Shown here in pieces: positions 30,151 to 49,099 of a stretch of 64,000 nucleotides of DNA (the first letter of the stretch is position 1; each line of letters opens with the position of its first letter). The DNA is from the human T2T-CHM13v2.0 reference genome, Homo sapiens. Position numbers and translations under genes: made by a program. Where the stretch lies: NCBI RefSeq assembly GCF_009914755.1, contig NC_060937.1. One strand, given 5' to 3'. Below the pieces are notes generated by a model. The model ran no database searches and was not told the origin of the DNA. It saw only the letters and a program-made list of their open reading frames with translations.

Positions 30151-31525
30151 ATATATTTTCAGAGCCCCACCCATACTCCTTAGCCCCTCCCAGATCTCTC
30201 CCAGAGCTCACCCAGAACTTTAGGGAAGAAGAACTCTACATTTGGTTTTCTACCTTAGGCATCTGATTGAGGGTATTCTCCGGCTACTGAGGCAGGTTTG
30301 GCTCATACACAGAACTGTCTGGAAAAGGACCAAAGTCCCAAGAGTGACCATCAGCCTAAGAAAGAAAAGTATCCCAACTTCTTCCTATGTATGAAGTTCC
30401 CCACAATGCTAACCAACCTCATTCAGCACAATGATAACCAACTTTCAACATACATGCCTTCACCCCTGAACGGGACAATTGTAAGGTACTTTTTACAGTG
30501 TCTCGGAGATTCAGAGTAGACTTGAGCCCTTGTTCTCCACAATGGTAACCAACTTATTAACATATATTTTATTATTTTTCCCTCCTCTAATTTATTTCCT
30601 CACTCACTGACTTGCTTCCTGAGATCACCTACCAAATAAATATTTTTATTTGAATTATTGGTTCAATTTTGGTTATTGCAGTAACCCAAAATGTTCTAGA
30701 AAGCAAACCTTCATGATGAGATACTCTAACTAGGTTACTTGCCAGTCAGATGGCAAAGGGTTTTCATTGCTACAATAAATGGGATGGTAATGAACACTTT
30801 TATGCTTCAGTATCGCTTTACTGAGACTCTCACCTATGGTGGACTCAGAGGAAGCACAGGTAAAAGAGAAAACACTGACATATACATATTTATATATATA
30901 TATATATATAATATATATGCATTCTACAGAAGTTCTACAATTTGCACACACACACGTGTGTGTAAGTCTGTGAGAAGTGATGTTGGCTGGGTTTTTCAAC
31001 TACAGTGGAAGGATGAAAACAAACAAAAAACAGGCTCATGTCACCCAAATATTAGCTTAGGGCCTGCTATGAAAGAAGAAGGCCTCTACTGTGTCTTTAA
31101 AGAGACTCTTACCTCCTGCAGCCAGAAGGCAGAATATGCTGAAAATCAGGATTAATATTTGTTTGTAAGGATGCTAGGAGTTAAGAAGCAGCTGAATTAA
31201 TAGCCATTGCAAGTCTTCTATGTCAAAAATAGAGACGAATCTCAGAGGGAGATATCTGAGCTCCTAGATTGCTCTGAGTGCTATGGGCCAGCAGAAGAAG
31301 ACCCCTCTCCCTTGCTAGAGAAGAGCAGATTCCGTAATTTCAAAACCACAGAAAGCTGATGATTCACAAGATGAGTTTGTTCTCCTCAATACAAAACAAT
31401 TAAATAAAATTCAATGATACAGTAAATTCAATGTCTCACCTTATTGATTATATCTAGGTTCCTGGAGCCAGTCCAGATACACTGCTAGAATGGCACCTTG
31501 CTGCTTGGAAATGATGCTTCCACAT

Positions 31526-32745
31526 CAGTAGCTCTCAAAGTGTGGTCTACAAATCCCTACATGTCTTACAAACCTTTCTGGGAGTCCACAAGGTCAAACG
31601 ATTTTCAAACTGAGATGTTTTTTGCCTATTCTGCTTGGTTGACATTTCCACTGAGAGTAGCAAAGCAATGGTGTATTAAATTTCTGGTGCCTTAGCAAAA
31701 AAGTTAAAGCAGTGGCACCACACTGCACTAATATTCCTCACTGCCAATTTTTACGGTCAGTTTTTCGAGGGTTTTATTTCATGAAGCAGTTGAAATCATT
31801 ATTAATTTTTAAAATTGATCCTTGGGAACATGTCTTTTTATTTTTTATTTTTTTATATTCAATGTGACAAGAAGTATGCATAGAGGTTTTACTGCATACC
31901 AAAGTATGAGACTTTTATCAAGGGAAAGCACTTCTGAAATTATTTCAAAATTATTTCCATAAAGGGGCTGAACAAGCCCCTTTAATGGAACAACACTTTG
32001 CCTTGAAATAACAATTGACAGGCATATAGTGGTTATTCGGACTTGGTTATTTGGCAGTCATTTTCCCAAAAATGAACGAAGTAAGCCTGCCACATCAAAG
32101 AAAACAACTGATAGTATTTGTGACCAATGATAAAATTGGAGGCTTCAAGTAAAAATTAGAACTGTGGCAAACTTCTATGTTACACCTTGAATTTGACCCA
32201 CTTCTCAGTACTTAAAGACTTTTTAATGAGACTGGTGATTTTATTAAATAATGTGACTTTTAAAATATTGTACAATGGAATACATCAACATTTTGAAGAT
32301 CCATATAACTCAGTGAGCTAATATTTTCCAAATGTGTGATGTTACAAGACCATGCATAGCTAAAGAATTTATTTAAGTTTCGTGATAGACCAGTGAATTT
32401 TAATCCAGCAGAAGATGAAAAGTTCATGGAAATTATTTCAGATTCCCTATCACAACTGTGCTTTAAGAAACTACTTGCCATGTTTTTGTGTACTATTGAA
32501 GAATATTCACAACTATTTGAAAAGGCTATTATAGTATTCTTCCCTTTTCCAACTACATATTTTGTGAAGCTTGATTTTCTACATATATGTCAGCCAGAAC
32601 AGCATTTAAGTACATACTGAATCCAAAAACAGAAAAATCTAGCTATCTTCTGTTGAGTTTGGATCAAAAGGCTTGCAAAACGTAAATGAATGCCACTGTT
32701 CTCACTTTTATTTTATATTTAAAATTTGTCATAAAAATATATTAG
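31526..32745 (+). mobile_element. hAT-Charlie DNA transposon relic (Charlie1-like)
   Basis: Begins CAGTAGCTCTCAAAGTGTGGTC, followed by GTTGACATTTCCACTGAG..GCAAAGCAATGGTG..GCAGTGGCACCA, matching Charlie1 consensus as recalled. Confidence 0.75.
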
Positions 32746-32774
32746 ATAAAATACATAAGCTTTACAGAAATGGA

Positions 32775-32878
32775 GTGCTCGCTTCAGCAGCACATATACT
32801 AAAATTGGAACAATACAGAGGTTAGCATGGTCCCTGCATAAGGATGGCATGCAAATTGGGGAGGTGTTCCATCTTTTT
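32775..32878 (+). pseudogene. RNU6: U6 snRNA retro-pseudogene
   Basis: GTGCTCGCTTCAGCAGCACATATACTAAAATTGGAACAATACAGAGGTTAGCATGGTCCCTGCATAAGGATGG...GTTCCATCTTTTT; full-length, diverged, no PSE/TATA recognised upstream. Confidence 0.93.
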
Positions 32879-33112
32879 TTATTATTACAGTAGTCTGTAT
32901 TATTTCATATCCAAAAAACAATGATCAGTATGAAGAATGGGATGAACTAATCAATACTGTGATTGAAGACAATAGCATTATTTGCCTGGGAAACTAAAGA
33001 CAAAACAACTGGAAAACTATTGAAATTGTTGAATGAGTCAATTTGCTACTTATGGAATAAACATACACTGCATTCACAGTAACATATACTATATATTATG
33101 GAATTAAAATCA

Positions 33113-33292
<180 letters not shown>

Positions 33293-33609
33293 TTAAATAA
33301 CCTAAGTGTCACCCCATGAATGCATGTATACAACTTTGTTGGATTTAAGGCTCCTCATCTCAACCCCACTGGAGGCAAACACTATAAATGTAAATTATTC
33401 AAGAAAGTCTCATCCAAATTAATTCACGTAAAACAAAAACAAAACAAGAAAAATTTGCCACATCAAGGTAATGCTATAAAATGTGTAACTACTGTCTTCA
33501 TCAGTGACTCACTTATAAAGTAGATCTGAACTATGGATTACTACTACTTACTTTCATAAAAAAAAAGATGTGAGATATTTTTGTAAATTTTCTTTACCCA
33601 AAGGTTCAC

Positions 33610-34172
<563 letters not shown>

Positions 34173-34350
34173 CACTATTATTATTGGGAGAAAAAGAGCT
34201 AATTTAGAACAATATATATAGCTTGACCCAATTTGAGGAAAAATTTTACATTTGTTTATTTGTTGATAACAACTATCAATAAAGGACTAAAACTGTGTAC
34301 TATTCGTTCATATAACTGAATACTACATAGCTATTAAAATTAATGAAGTA

Positions 34351-35448
<1,098 letters not shown>

Positions 35449-35671
35449 TTAAATTATTCTCCATTATTTTTCTAAATTTTTGAAATATTTAAATTTTACT
35501 TTAAAAAATAAGCTGAGGTTGTGGAATTCAGAGACAGACAGATTCTATATGGGATTTGTAGATTCTTTATGGGATTTGTGTGTGTGTATTTGACAAGCCT
35601 GTTATTCTGTACTATAAAATTTCTAACTAAAAAATATACATATTTTTTGTTGCAAACAAAAATATGTTTTT

Positions 35672-37568
<1,897 letters not shown>

Positions 37569-38295
37569 TAATCTTACCCTTTAAAAGAATAAAGGCAGAT
37601 AATAACGAATGTCTTAACCCAGAAATCTAACCTTTTTGAATGATGTTCTCCATTCACAGAAGCATTTAAAACACTAAAATTGTGCAGTAAACTAAGAGCA
37701 AAAACCAACAAGCTCTAATCACTTAAATTCTCGAGGATATATGACACAGCTCTTCCTAAAATATCACCAGATGGGTATATAAACTTAGAATGGCTCAACT
37801 CCCAGATGTATATTAACACCAAAACTCCAATAAGCCTATACTGTCATAATAAAAATCATTTGCCTAAATATCTTCCAATTCACATTAGATGTATTAATAT
37901 AAATCATATCCCATCTGAGTTGCTACAACTCCACTTGGTATTTTAAAACACACCACAACACTCTCACACACAAACACACCCGATACAGAACCTGGGAGTT
38001 TGGGCTTAGTTCTCTGTTTACAGAGTTCATAGAAACTGATTTTTCTTAAGGTTTATTTCATAATTCTCAATCAGCTTATTAAGAAAAGAAAAACTAGATG
38101 GCTAAGTCCTCTTGTGTATAATTGTTATCAAATCCCAGAATGTCTTTAGTCATAGTGGAGTTCACAATGATAAAGTTCAAATCAGCTTACCTGCCCCATT
38201 GCTCCCATACTACTTCTTATAGCTGCCACTCCTCTTAGGAACTGGAGCCAGTTAACGACCCACTTTCTCAATGGTGCAATGGTGACTGTGACTTA

Positions 38296-38693
<398 letters not shown>

Positions 38694-40184
38694 TCATTGT
38701 AGAAAAATGGGAAACGATAAAAGAATAAGCAGCAAAAAAAAAACACATTATCCCACCAAGACAGAAATTAATCACTACTAATATTTCCATTCATGGCCAT
38801 CCAGGGTCTCTTCTGTATATAAAAGTGTATTAGTTCATTTACCAAACAGGATTTTAAGTACTGCAGAACAAGGGGGAAGTAGCATACTAGTTCTTTGGAA
38901 GACTAATTTTCTTCAGTATAAAGAAGTTACACTTACTGCTGAGTACGTCAACCATATGTACAGGAAACTGGAGAGAATGACAAAGGTGTGGGAAATCATA
39001 CCTGCTCTTTTTCATTCACTCACAGCAAACCATAGAGTTCACGTTTTGGGAACCATTATGTACGCAAAGACCAACTAATGAGTATGTTTCCTTTATAAAT
39101 AGCAGCCTACTAAATAAACAAATACATACTTACACATATACAAATATACAGTTTTGCCACAGGAGTTAACACACACAGTGAAAGGAATGACATTAACAGT
39201 ATTTTTTTGTCACCATGAAAGTATCTTAAGAGAAAGTAAAGGGATATGTGAAAGGTTGATCTAAAATTCATGACCTTTTCCACAAAAATATTTTCTGTGC
39301 ACATAAGATGAAGGAACAATATAACTATGGAAAACATAACTGTTGATTTTATAATGCTATAACTTATTTACATGTGTAAATAAATATGCAGGAGTTTAAA
39401 CAGTTAGTCCACAAATATTGATAGCTTACTCTGTACCAGGCAATGTATTAACTGCTAGGGAACAAGGGAGAGAACAGCCACCAGTCTCTATTTCTGCAGA
39501 AGTTTCAGTCTACCTCTTTAAACATGATGTCAAACACTAGGCATGTGGCCTCAAGCAAGTCACAACAGTCCTGATTAAATGATGTTCTCAAATCCTTGTG
39601 ATGATCTAAGAAGATACATGTGAAAATAACTTATAAATCTTGTTACCTAAGGTAAAAAGAGATATGTAGCCTTTTGTGCAAAGCACTGTATATAGCAATC
39701 ATCTTCACTATAAATTATCTCATTTCTTTTAACTGGCAAAAAAAAAAATCACTCAAGTTGCTTAATATAATCTCTTTTCACAATCTCTAAGATTTTAATA
39801 TTATCTTTCCCTGCCAATGACCCATATGAAATAACTGAAATTAATTTCCCCATGATGAGGGAGAAAAGACTCATTTTTTTCTAATCAAAAAGCCTTGTTT
39901 CCTGATTTCATAATTTATAGGAGTCAGGGGGCAGGCAGCCACAGATCAAAAGCAACTTATTCAAACTCCAGAAAAAAAAATCTTTTAATCTAAGAATCAT
40001 CATGGAAAGTTTGTTATAGGCTCAGGTTAATCCAAATAGAGTTAGTGACAGGTTAATTGTGGTACTTTGAAAGCAAAGGAGAGCAAGTAGCAATCATTCA
40101 TCCCTTCACTCAGTCTCTAAGACCTAACCTCTTAAAAAACAGGGAGATATATATTATAGCCAAACTGCTTTCCCAAAAACATAA

Positions 40185-40666
<482 letters not shown>

Positions 40667-40825
40667 TCTAGCATGGAACATTTAAAGGCATTCATAATCC
40701 AACTAAACTGGACCATCTGCAAAACTAGTGAAATGCCCAAAAACAAGCATCTACAAATGCCAAATATTAAACCTTAAGAGTCTAAAACAGTAGTATCCAA
40801 AGCAAGTATAACATACCTCCAGGAG

Positions 40826-41145
40826 ACCAGGCAAGGTGGCTCACACCTGGAATCCCAGCACTTTGGAGGCCAAGGCAGGCGGATCACTTGAGGCTGGGAG
40901 TTCCAGACCAGCCTGGCCAAAATGGCAAAATCCCATGTCTACTAAAACATACAAAAATTAACCAGGCATGGTGGCACACACCTGTAATCCCAACTACTCG
41001 AGTGGCTGAGGCACAAGAATCACTTGAACCCAGGAGGCAGAGGTTGTACTGAGCCAAGATCACACCACTGCACACCAGCCTGGTAACAGAGCAAGACTCT
41101 TGTCTCAAAGACACACACACACATAAATACATACACACACACACA
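40826..41145 (+). mobile_element. Alu with (CA)n-derived tail
   Basis: Full Alu; CCTCCAGG duplicated on both sides. Confidence 0.88.
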
Positions 41146-41409
41146 CGCCTCCAGGTGTACCCAAGATGCTCCAGGGTAAAAAGGGAAAACATCTGAACTT
41201 TATTTTTAATTATCATGATCATCCTTGTTAATTTTTTGTTTGTATTTTACAAAGTCCACAATAATCAGTTACTATGTTTATTATTTGTAAATTGAATGTC
41301 TAAGGATTAAGAATTGATGCTCAATTTTTTTCTTTGTCTCTTTTTTCAAAGCAACAACATGAACTTGTATCATTTTTTTTTTCTAACTTCATTCTTCCCA
41401 GCCCATCAG

Positions 41410-42150
41410 TTTTTTTTTTTTTTAAAGAGACAGGGCCTCACTATGTTGCCCAGGCTGGAGTACAGTGGCTATATTCATAATTCACATTCATATATTCATT
41501 CACTATAATCACAGTGAACTTTAGCCTTGAACTTCTGGCCTCAAACATCCTCCTGCCTCAGCCAACTATGTAGCTGGGACCACAGGACCATGTACCACAC
41601 CTGCTTAATGCTCAAAATTTTTAGTGATGGGGTAAGCAACAAAAGTTTGGAGACCACTGGTCTACACTACTCATTTGTCACTGAACTTTCATTTTTATCA
41701 GCTCCCTCCCACAAGTTAAGCTACGGAAGTAAGTCCTGATGCTGAAAAAGAAACAGAAGAAAAACTGTTTCAAACTATTTTGAATCCCAACAACAAGCTA
41801 AAGATGACAAATCACTAGTAAGAATATATGGAATTGAATACTAATATGCTGTTGATGGGAATTTCAAATAGACATCCTATCTAAAGGGCACCTTGAGTAT
41901 ATCCAAATTTAAAACACACATACACTTTGACCTAATAGGTCCACTTTTTTTTTTTTGTTTTCAGACTGAGTCTCACTCTGTTGCCCAAGCTGGACTGCAG
42001 TAGCTTAATCTCAGCTCACCGCCACCTCTGCCTCCTGAGTTCAAGTGATTCTCTGGACCTCAGCCTTCCTTCCAAGTAGCTGGAATTACAAAAGCCCACG
42101 ACCACACCCGATTAGTTTTTGTATTTTTAGTAGAGACGGGGTTTCATTTT
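41410..42150 (-). mobile_element. Two partial antisense Alus (about 41410-41605 and 41945-42150)
   Basis: Alu right-arm motifs after poly-T. Confidence 0.75.
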
Positions 42151-43554
42151 ATTTTATTCATTTTATTTTATAATGGAACATGTCTAATTTTATGCTAAAT
42201 TTATGCTGTAAGGACACCTTGCTACTCTGGAAAGGTTAAGAGGACACACAATGGGTAGTAGACTCTATTAAAAAAAGAGCGTATTTTGATACATGACTTT
42301 TGTGACTCTACATTTTTAACTAAGGATAAAGAATCTGATGATTGATTAAATGATTTTTCAGTTGCTCATCAATGCCATCAGATGTCTTGAGTATACTGAT
42401 GGGGACGACATTTGGAAGAAACGGAGGAGACCTGAATAATACTTCAGATGAAGCCTATTTCCACATCTTATTTTCCCTATCTCTGCAGCTCTGAATTTAA
42501 TTATCTGTATTGTGAATCTGGGTGATCCACCTCAGAAGACATAAGGCAACTGGATGTCTGCACTTCTTTAGATTTCATGCTAGTGATTCTTATCCTCTCT
42601 CCACCCCGACACTTTGATACTTCCTTGAAATTAGATTACATATGAGACAGAAACAAAGAATTCAGCTGTCATCATGACTCTTTCTCAGGAGCCACTGCCT
42701 CTGTGTTCATGATGTGATGACTGTGCCACCTGCCTCCCTCTTCTTAAGGCCCTTCTTTATTCCCGGAGATGTGCTTACCACGAGATAGCTACAAACATAT
42801 CATCTGCTTGCCCTGCCAGTTATAGCAATTATGAAAATAAATTTGCAGCATCATATATAGCCTGAGTATTCTCAAAAGATGTTCCTAACAGCTCTAATAA
42901 CAAAGTAAGTTTTCCACAAAATAGCTGTACCTACATGCTCTCTGCTTATGCAAACTTATGTTTTAATTAATCTTAAAGCAAAACTTTTCCTAAAATTTCA
43001 GAACTGAAGTCTTTTGTCATTATATGAAGAAAGGTACTGTATCTCATATTGTGAACTTCTCTATTTTAAGAAGTTTTCAGACATCAAGTCTACGTAATAA
43101 AATTAATTTAACAATTTGGAATATAATTTTATAAATAAAAAAAGCTTTAAACTATATGTTACTAACACGTTTTTCTTCGAGTGTGGTTGCCCTTATAACT
43201 TTTTGGTAGTTCAATGAAAACCACTACTTATGAGAAAACTGAAATAGACTAGGACATAGAAGATAGATAAACAAAGAAAAGGTAAATTAACTATTTGTGC
43301 CACATGGCAAAGAAAGTTTACAGTATGTAGTCATTATTGTACTTGGTTATAATTATATAATATAACCAATAATGAATAATTTTAAATGCAATTTAGAATT
43401 CAAAATGTTTTATACTTGATATACATTTCTGAAAGAAATATGAAATCTACCGAATGAGGGAGATACTTTATATGTGTAATTACTTACAAATGGAGAAAAG
43501 TTTTACAATAATTTTGATTATAAATTATAATCAAGAGATTCAGTAAGAGAAGCA

Positions 43555-46500
43555 TTTTTTTCTTCCATAAACCACTTTAATTGTGTGCTCACCACCTACT
43601 TCAGAATCTAAGAGAACTCTGACACTTGTTTTTGGCACCCCATTGCCTTCTCATTAGTCTAACTCCAAGACCTTCTTCCAAGTGGTAGGCTCTGGTAATT
43701 CAGCGAAAGCAAGGCACTAACAGGCAAGTGTGAAGCCAAATGGCTCCGAGTAACATCCCTGACACCTTTTTGCCAGCTATTCACATGTATTTAATATATA
43801 CCACTTCCCTGTGACTGTCTGCATCCTCTTCTACCAGCAATTCCTCCTGATTTATCCTTCTCCTCCAGCAATTCCTAATTTCTTTGCCTTTCCAGTAGAT
43901 GTTGTGGCCTGACAGAACATTTTGCTGGAGTTCTTTAAAGGCTAATTATAACCATAAGGAACAGGAAATAAGAAGCTATTCCTTGTAAGTTTGCTAATCT
44001 TATCTGTTCAGAGCAATAAAAGTTCCCCATCAAAGACTTATGAGGGGAGATTTCATTCCCCCAGCTTGCTATTCCTACTCTTTTTGCATTGTTAAGACAG
44101 GAGGCAAGTGCTTTACCTTCTCCTGGGAAAAGCTGAGGCTGAATATGCAAGTTGTCATGCAAATTTGCTGAAGATAATGGGAGGGTCACAAATTCAAAAA
44201 TCCAGTTGCTCTAGGGCAGGGGGTTGGGAGGAGAGACAAAAATAAAATGTGTGGTACAAATGCCTCTCAGGAAAGCGTGTGAAAGGTGGGGTGGATTTAC
44301 CAGAAGCTTTTGCAATCAGCTTTGAAGTCTTCTGGAAAGGAAAAGTGTAGCCTTCCAGGGAAGCAGCCTGATGACATCTTCCATAAGGCTGATGTGTTGG
44401 GAAATAGCAACACATGAGCAAGAAGTCCCTTGAAAAATTTTCTTCCCTCCTTCTTCTTCTGGAACTGTTGGGAAACTAGATAAGACCCAGGAGTCTGGTT
44501 TTTGAGAATGGCCCGGAATGAATTTTTAGTTTCCAGGTAGGAACAGAGAGCTCAGAAGGTTGTTTTTTCCTCCAGGGAAATCTGGCCATAGCTTTTTTCC
44601 TGTTCTATCCAGAGCTTGTGTGCTGGTGGATTAAGTACATCTGTGCACAGGGCCGGGTTCTGGCAAACAATCTCAGGGAGGACAGCAAAAGGAGAAGCAA
44701 AGGGGGATTGTTCCTCTACCTCACATCTTCTTTTCCCAAAGGAAACAGAATCTACTCACCAACAACAATCCCAACACCACAAAAGGGACATGGAAATAAA
44801 TGTGCATGCAACTGGGACACATACCCCGTGTCACCTGCTACAAATGGAGCAGAAGTGGGAGAGAATTGAGCCACTGAGAGCCTAGGCCTTCTGAGCTGTA
44901 GCCTACTTCCAGAGGGCACGGGCTTCCTCACTGGTCTCTGGGTGGCCGAGTAACTCTACTTCCCTGACCTGGGAAGGATGCGGGAATAACCAGCTAAAAG
45001 GAGACACCCAGCCTCTTAGGGCTGCCTGGGGTATCTGAAGCAGAGGTGGTAGCAGCGGACTCCTCAACAGAGGCACTGAGATCCAAGAATTCCAGGATAA
45101 TGTCCCCAAGGCAGTAAATCAAATGCCTGTTGATGAGTGGTTGTTGTAGTGACTCCAAGACTAGACACTCAGCTGGCATTTGTTCACCCCAAGAATTTCT
45201 ACTATGAGATCTGGGAGGACTCCCATTAGGCTCTGCAAAGCCTGTTTCTCAGCAGCCAGTTTCTGCTCCTGGGTCCTTACAGGCCGTGGAAACTTAGGCA
45301 AAACTCCACCAGGCCAGATGGACTCCAGAAGAAGCCAGAGGTACTGCACCCAGCACTGTGGACTTGTTAAATTAGCTACCTGCACGTCTAGCCACCTTTA
45401 AACTAGGGTACCAAAGATAAGATGAAGAAACATCTACATGTTTTCAGTACACAGCCATTTCCACTGTTCTGTTAGTAGCAAGAGAAGCAGATTCACGGCT
45501 GTGTCAGCTAACTCTGTCTCTGTTCCTGAACCGTCGTTGCTGGATCGTGGGCTGGCACAGCTGCATCTGACAAGCAGCTGTCCACATGTCCTTTGGGAAG
45601 TTGTTCAGGATCTTTTTCTGGGGCTTCTGTTGCCTCCATCTCCAGTAACTTTGTCTGTTTTTCAATAAAAGATTCCATCCCAGACATGGATAGGGTCTTG
45701 GACTCCACATTGCCTTCCTGGAGACAATAAAGAATCTTGTCTTGTGCTTCAGTCACACTTAGTGCTGGAGATATTTTACTGGGTAAGAACCTCAGCCTGG
45801 ACTTGCTAGCCTTCTTGCCTTCTATATGGGACTTGCTTTCAGTCTCGGCCTCACTCAGCTTCTCTGTGGGGCTCTGGGATTCAGAGCAAGGAAACGCTGT
45901 CTTCAAGGTGTCCACAATGGCACTCAACACCATCTTCTCTATTCTAGAGACCATAAATGGTTTCTTGACAAAGGAAATGCGAGCATCTGTGTTCACAGCA
46001 AGAAACTCCTGCACCTCCTCACTGTTGTTAGCAATCGCTGGAATGGCATACAGTTGCTTCAGGAATTATTATAGGAGGCTCTTACAGGCTTCTACTCTGT
46101 CACTGTCCATGTTTCCAAATGGAAGATCTGGAAAGAGCTTTTTAGGACCCTTCACATTTCTAATGAACTTTCATAGATCTGGTTTCTTCTCCTGACGGCC
46201 TGCAGATTCAAGAACTCCCAATAGCGGTGATTCACAGTGTGGTAGGCCAGCTGCTGCAGGCTGCTGTTTTCACCGACAAGGGATGTCTCATACTTCACAG
46301 TACAGCGTGTGCATGGGTGCAATCTGGTGCCACTGTGCTCTCGGGCTGTAATGGTGCCAGTGATATGAAGGTTCTGGATGACAACTGGGCCATCTGGACT
46401 GCTTAGGGGTTCAAAGCTGAAGGTGGCTGAGCTGAGAGGACCAGGTGAAGAGGAGGAAAGCAGAAGTGGTGGCAGACTAGGATCAAGGTAGGTCACATCA

Positions 46501-48490
46501 TTGGTGAGATCCTTCTCTAAGCATGAGGGCCGTGAGGAGCAGGTCTTTTCCGGCCCCTCCAGCAAAGCTGTAACAGAGGTGGTAACTTCTCCTTGTTCTA
46601 TCTCCTTGTCTGCTGTGTCAATCTGGATCTCTGGGCAGAAGTTCAGTGTGGAGACAGGCAGGCCTGTCTCTGTTTCTGTCCCTGGACCCTCCTCAGCCTC
46701 TGCTCCTTCAGATCCCTCACCACCTTTGGGTTCCAGAGCCTGGGAACCCTCTAGGGCACACAGGGCATCCTGAATCCTGTCAGACAGAAAGTGGCCTGGA
46801 GTCTAGCATGATGGTTTCTTAGCCTACTTCAGACAGCAGAGACTCCAGCTCTGAGTCTCCACATAAGAACAGGGGGCCTCGAATATTTGGCTGTAGGAAA
46901 TGAGATGAGTTGTTTCCTACTTTTCTTTTTTCAGACATTCCACCCAAATCTCCCTCTACAGCTTCCTGGCCACCTTCAACCTCTGAGGAGGGGCCTGCAG
47001 GAATCTCTGGCTCACTGTTTACTTAGGAACCCTGGGGCTGCTACTGGAGAAGGAGCCCTCCCTTCTGGAAGCTGCTGTACCTCAGCAATCAGTGGCAGAG
47101 ATGTGGGCACTGAGGGCTGTTCAGGGGTACTGGCTGGGCAGGGTGCTGGATCTCTGGCCTTGGAAAAGATACCCATGAGGACAAGGTGGATCCAGTCAGG
47201 ATCTGACAGCCGGCTGATCAGTGGTAAGACTACACTGCATATGATGAGTTCAACCACTACATGGCATCCAGTATGAGTCTCCAAGTGGGACTTGGGCACC
47301 AGCCCTTGAAGCAACAAATTCACAATACCACATGTATAGGTGGCTTCAGCATTGGGGCTGTGCACAGCAGGATGTGGGGCAGTAGCCTGGCAGTAAGCCT
47401 CCCAGAGGTGGGAAGGCTCAACTGGACCATTCTTCCCTGTAGTGGCCTCCTTTGCCTGAATGTAGCTCTGCAGGTGAAAAACGACAGAGAGGCAGAACAC
47501 TCTGGGCAAGAGCATGATGGTCCATCATGCTCATCCTCCTCTGAAGCTCCTGGACCAACTCTTTCATGGCTGCCTCCATTTCCTCCGCAAAGGCTGGCTC
47601 CTGGCTCACAGAACGGTACAAGGATAATATAAAATCTCAAATAATCACATCTGGATGGTGCGGTTGATCTCCTGTTCCAGCTGTCTTTCTGCCTCAGGGC
47701 ATAGAGGACAGGTGGCCAATGGGATGAAGCCTTCCAGGAGCAGTGGACTTGAAGCCACTCCAGAGACACTGGAGCCCAGCCATCCTCCCAGCACCACTAG
47801 CAATGCAGACAGAAGGCACAGCAGCCACACGCTGACCAGAAGGTGTATGGCCAGGAGCCAGCAAGCAAGACCCCCACAGCCATCACCTTTCGCCTACTCA
47901 ACAGGTTATTAAGGTGACAGCTGGATCCAGCTGGAGTCTCCCGGAACGATGGCACTGTTTCTGTCTTCATGGCTGAACGGACAAGGTGGCTTCCCCAGAT
48001 GACAGCCTCAAGATTTTACTCCAGAGTTAGGGAAGGTGGGAAGGAACTGTATCCCTGATACAGGGTGATCTGGGTGCTGTTCAGGGAACCGAGGCTCCAG
48101 GCCCTCTAAGTCCTACAGGCACTGCAAAGCGACAGCAGCAGCTCTGCATTTGCCCATGGCTACCACCCACAGAGTCCTTGAACTCGCCCTTTCCAGTGGA
48201 GGTGTGGCTTTGGAGGAAAACTCTGCAGCCTTGATACTGCCCCAGGCAGAAGGCCCCTTTGTGGCCCTGGGGCCCATGGACACTTACACATGCAGAGGAC
48301 GGCGGAGGGCCAGGACTGGGTCACACGCTGCCGGGAACCATGCGCCCACACTCAGCCCCGACCTGAAGTGGGCTCATCGGGGTCATCTCCGCTGGCCTCG
48401 GCCTGCTGCTCCTGCAGACCTGGGTGACTGCACTCGCAGCCCTGCCTGTGTTAGGGCTGCCAGCCTGCCGGCCACTGGCGACCAACAGTA
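43555..48490 (-). pseudogene. SNX19: Processed pseudogene of sorting nexin 19 (PXA-PX-PXC); CDS remnant 47970 to 44994 plus both UTRs
   Basis: Intronless match from MKTETVP (ATG at 47970) through WLLCLLSALLVVLGGWLG, HLQSYIQAKEAT, QEFLAVNTDARISFVKKPFM and QVANLTSPQ to the C-terminal SASDTPG..GVS* (44994). Multiple frameshifts and stops; ATTAAA (43576-43581) and A-tail remnant (43555-43561). Confidence 0.95.
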
Positions 48491-49099
48491 GCTTTTTATA
48501 ACTTAAATTTTCTATATTTTCCTTGCATACATTTTTGACTTTGATCATGTATTTCATTTAACCTGCTAACAGAATGTACCTACAGTAAGATTACAATAAA
48601 AATTACCATGGTCCATGACAAATTTACTTGTAAGTGCAGTGAGAAAAAAAGTTTAATAAACACAATAGAGATATACAATATGTGGCTTTTCACACAGTCT
48701 TTTGTCTCCCATATTATTCCTATCATTTATTCTATATTTCTAAGGTTAAGTAATATTAAGATCAGGTACAAGCGTTGTAATGTGCTTTTAATTATTATAT
48801 ATAAATGTATCCCATGACAATTACATTATTTCAAGCTATGTACAATTTTAATAATAATTTTATACACATTGCTTTGAAAATGAGAGCGCATTTGAATATA
48901 ATCAATAATCACAAAAATATTTACAGTGCAAATATTCTCAGCAAGATTTGAATTGTTGGTAAATTCAAAACAAATAGAATTAAATAGATGCTAGAGGAAT
49001 TAGGAGAATGCAATAAAACAAGCAAAATTTTGTATAATTTTCATTCAGTTTATGTTAAGATGTTTTGAATTCAGATTAATCACATACCACGACATAATG

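Noticed and set aside
30400-31500. Possible ERVL/MLT2 LTR and internal relic
   Set aside because: Only vague motif resemblance; cannot set boundaries or family without RepeatMasker
44994-47970. Functional SNX19 gene
   Set aside because: Intronless and broken into many short ORFs by indels and stops (for example near 47640)
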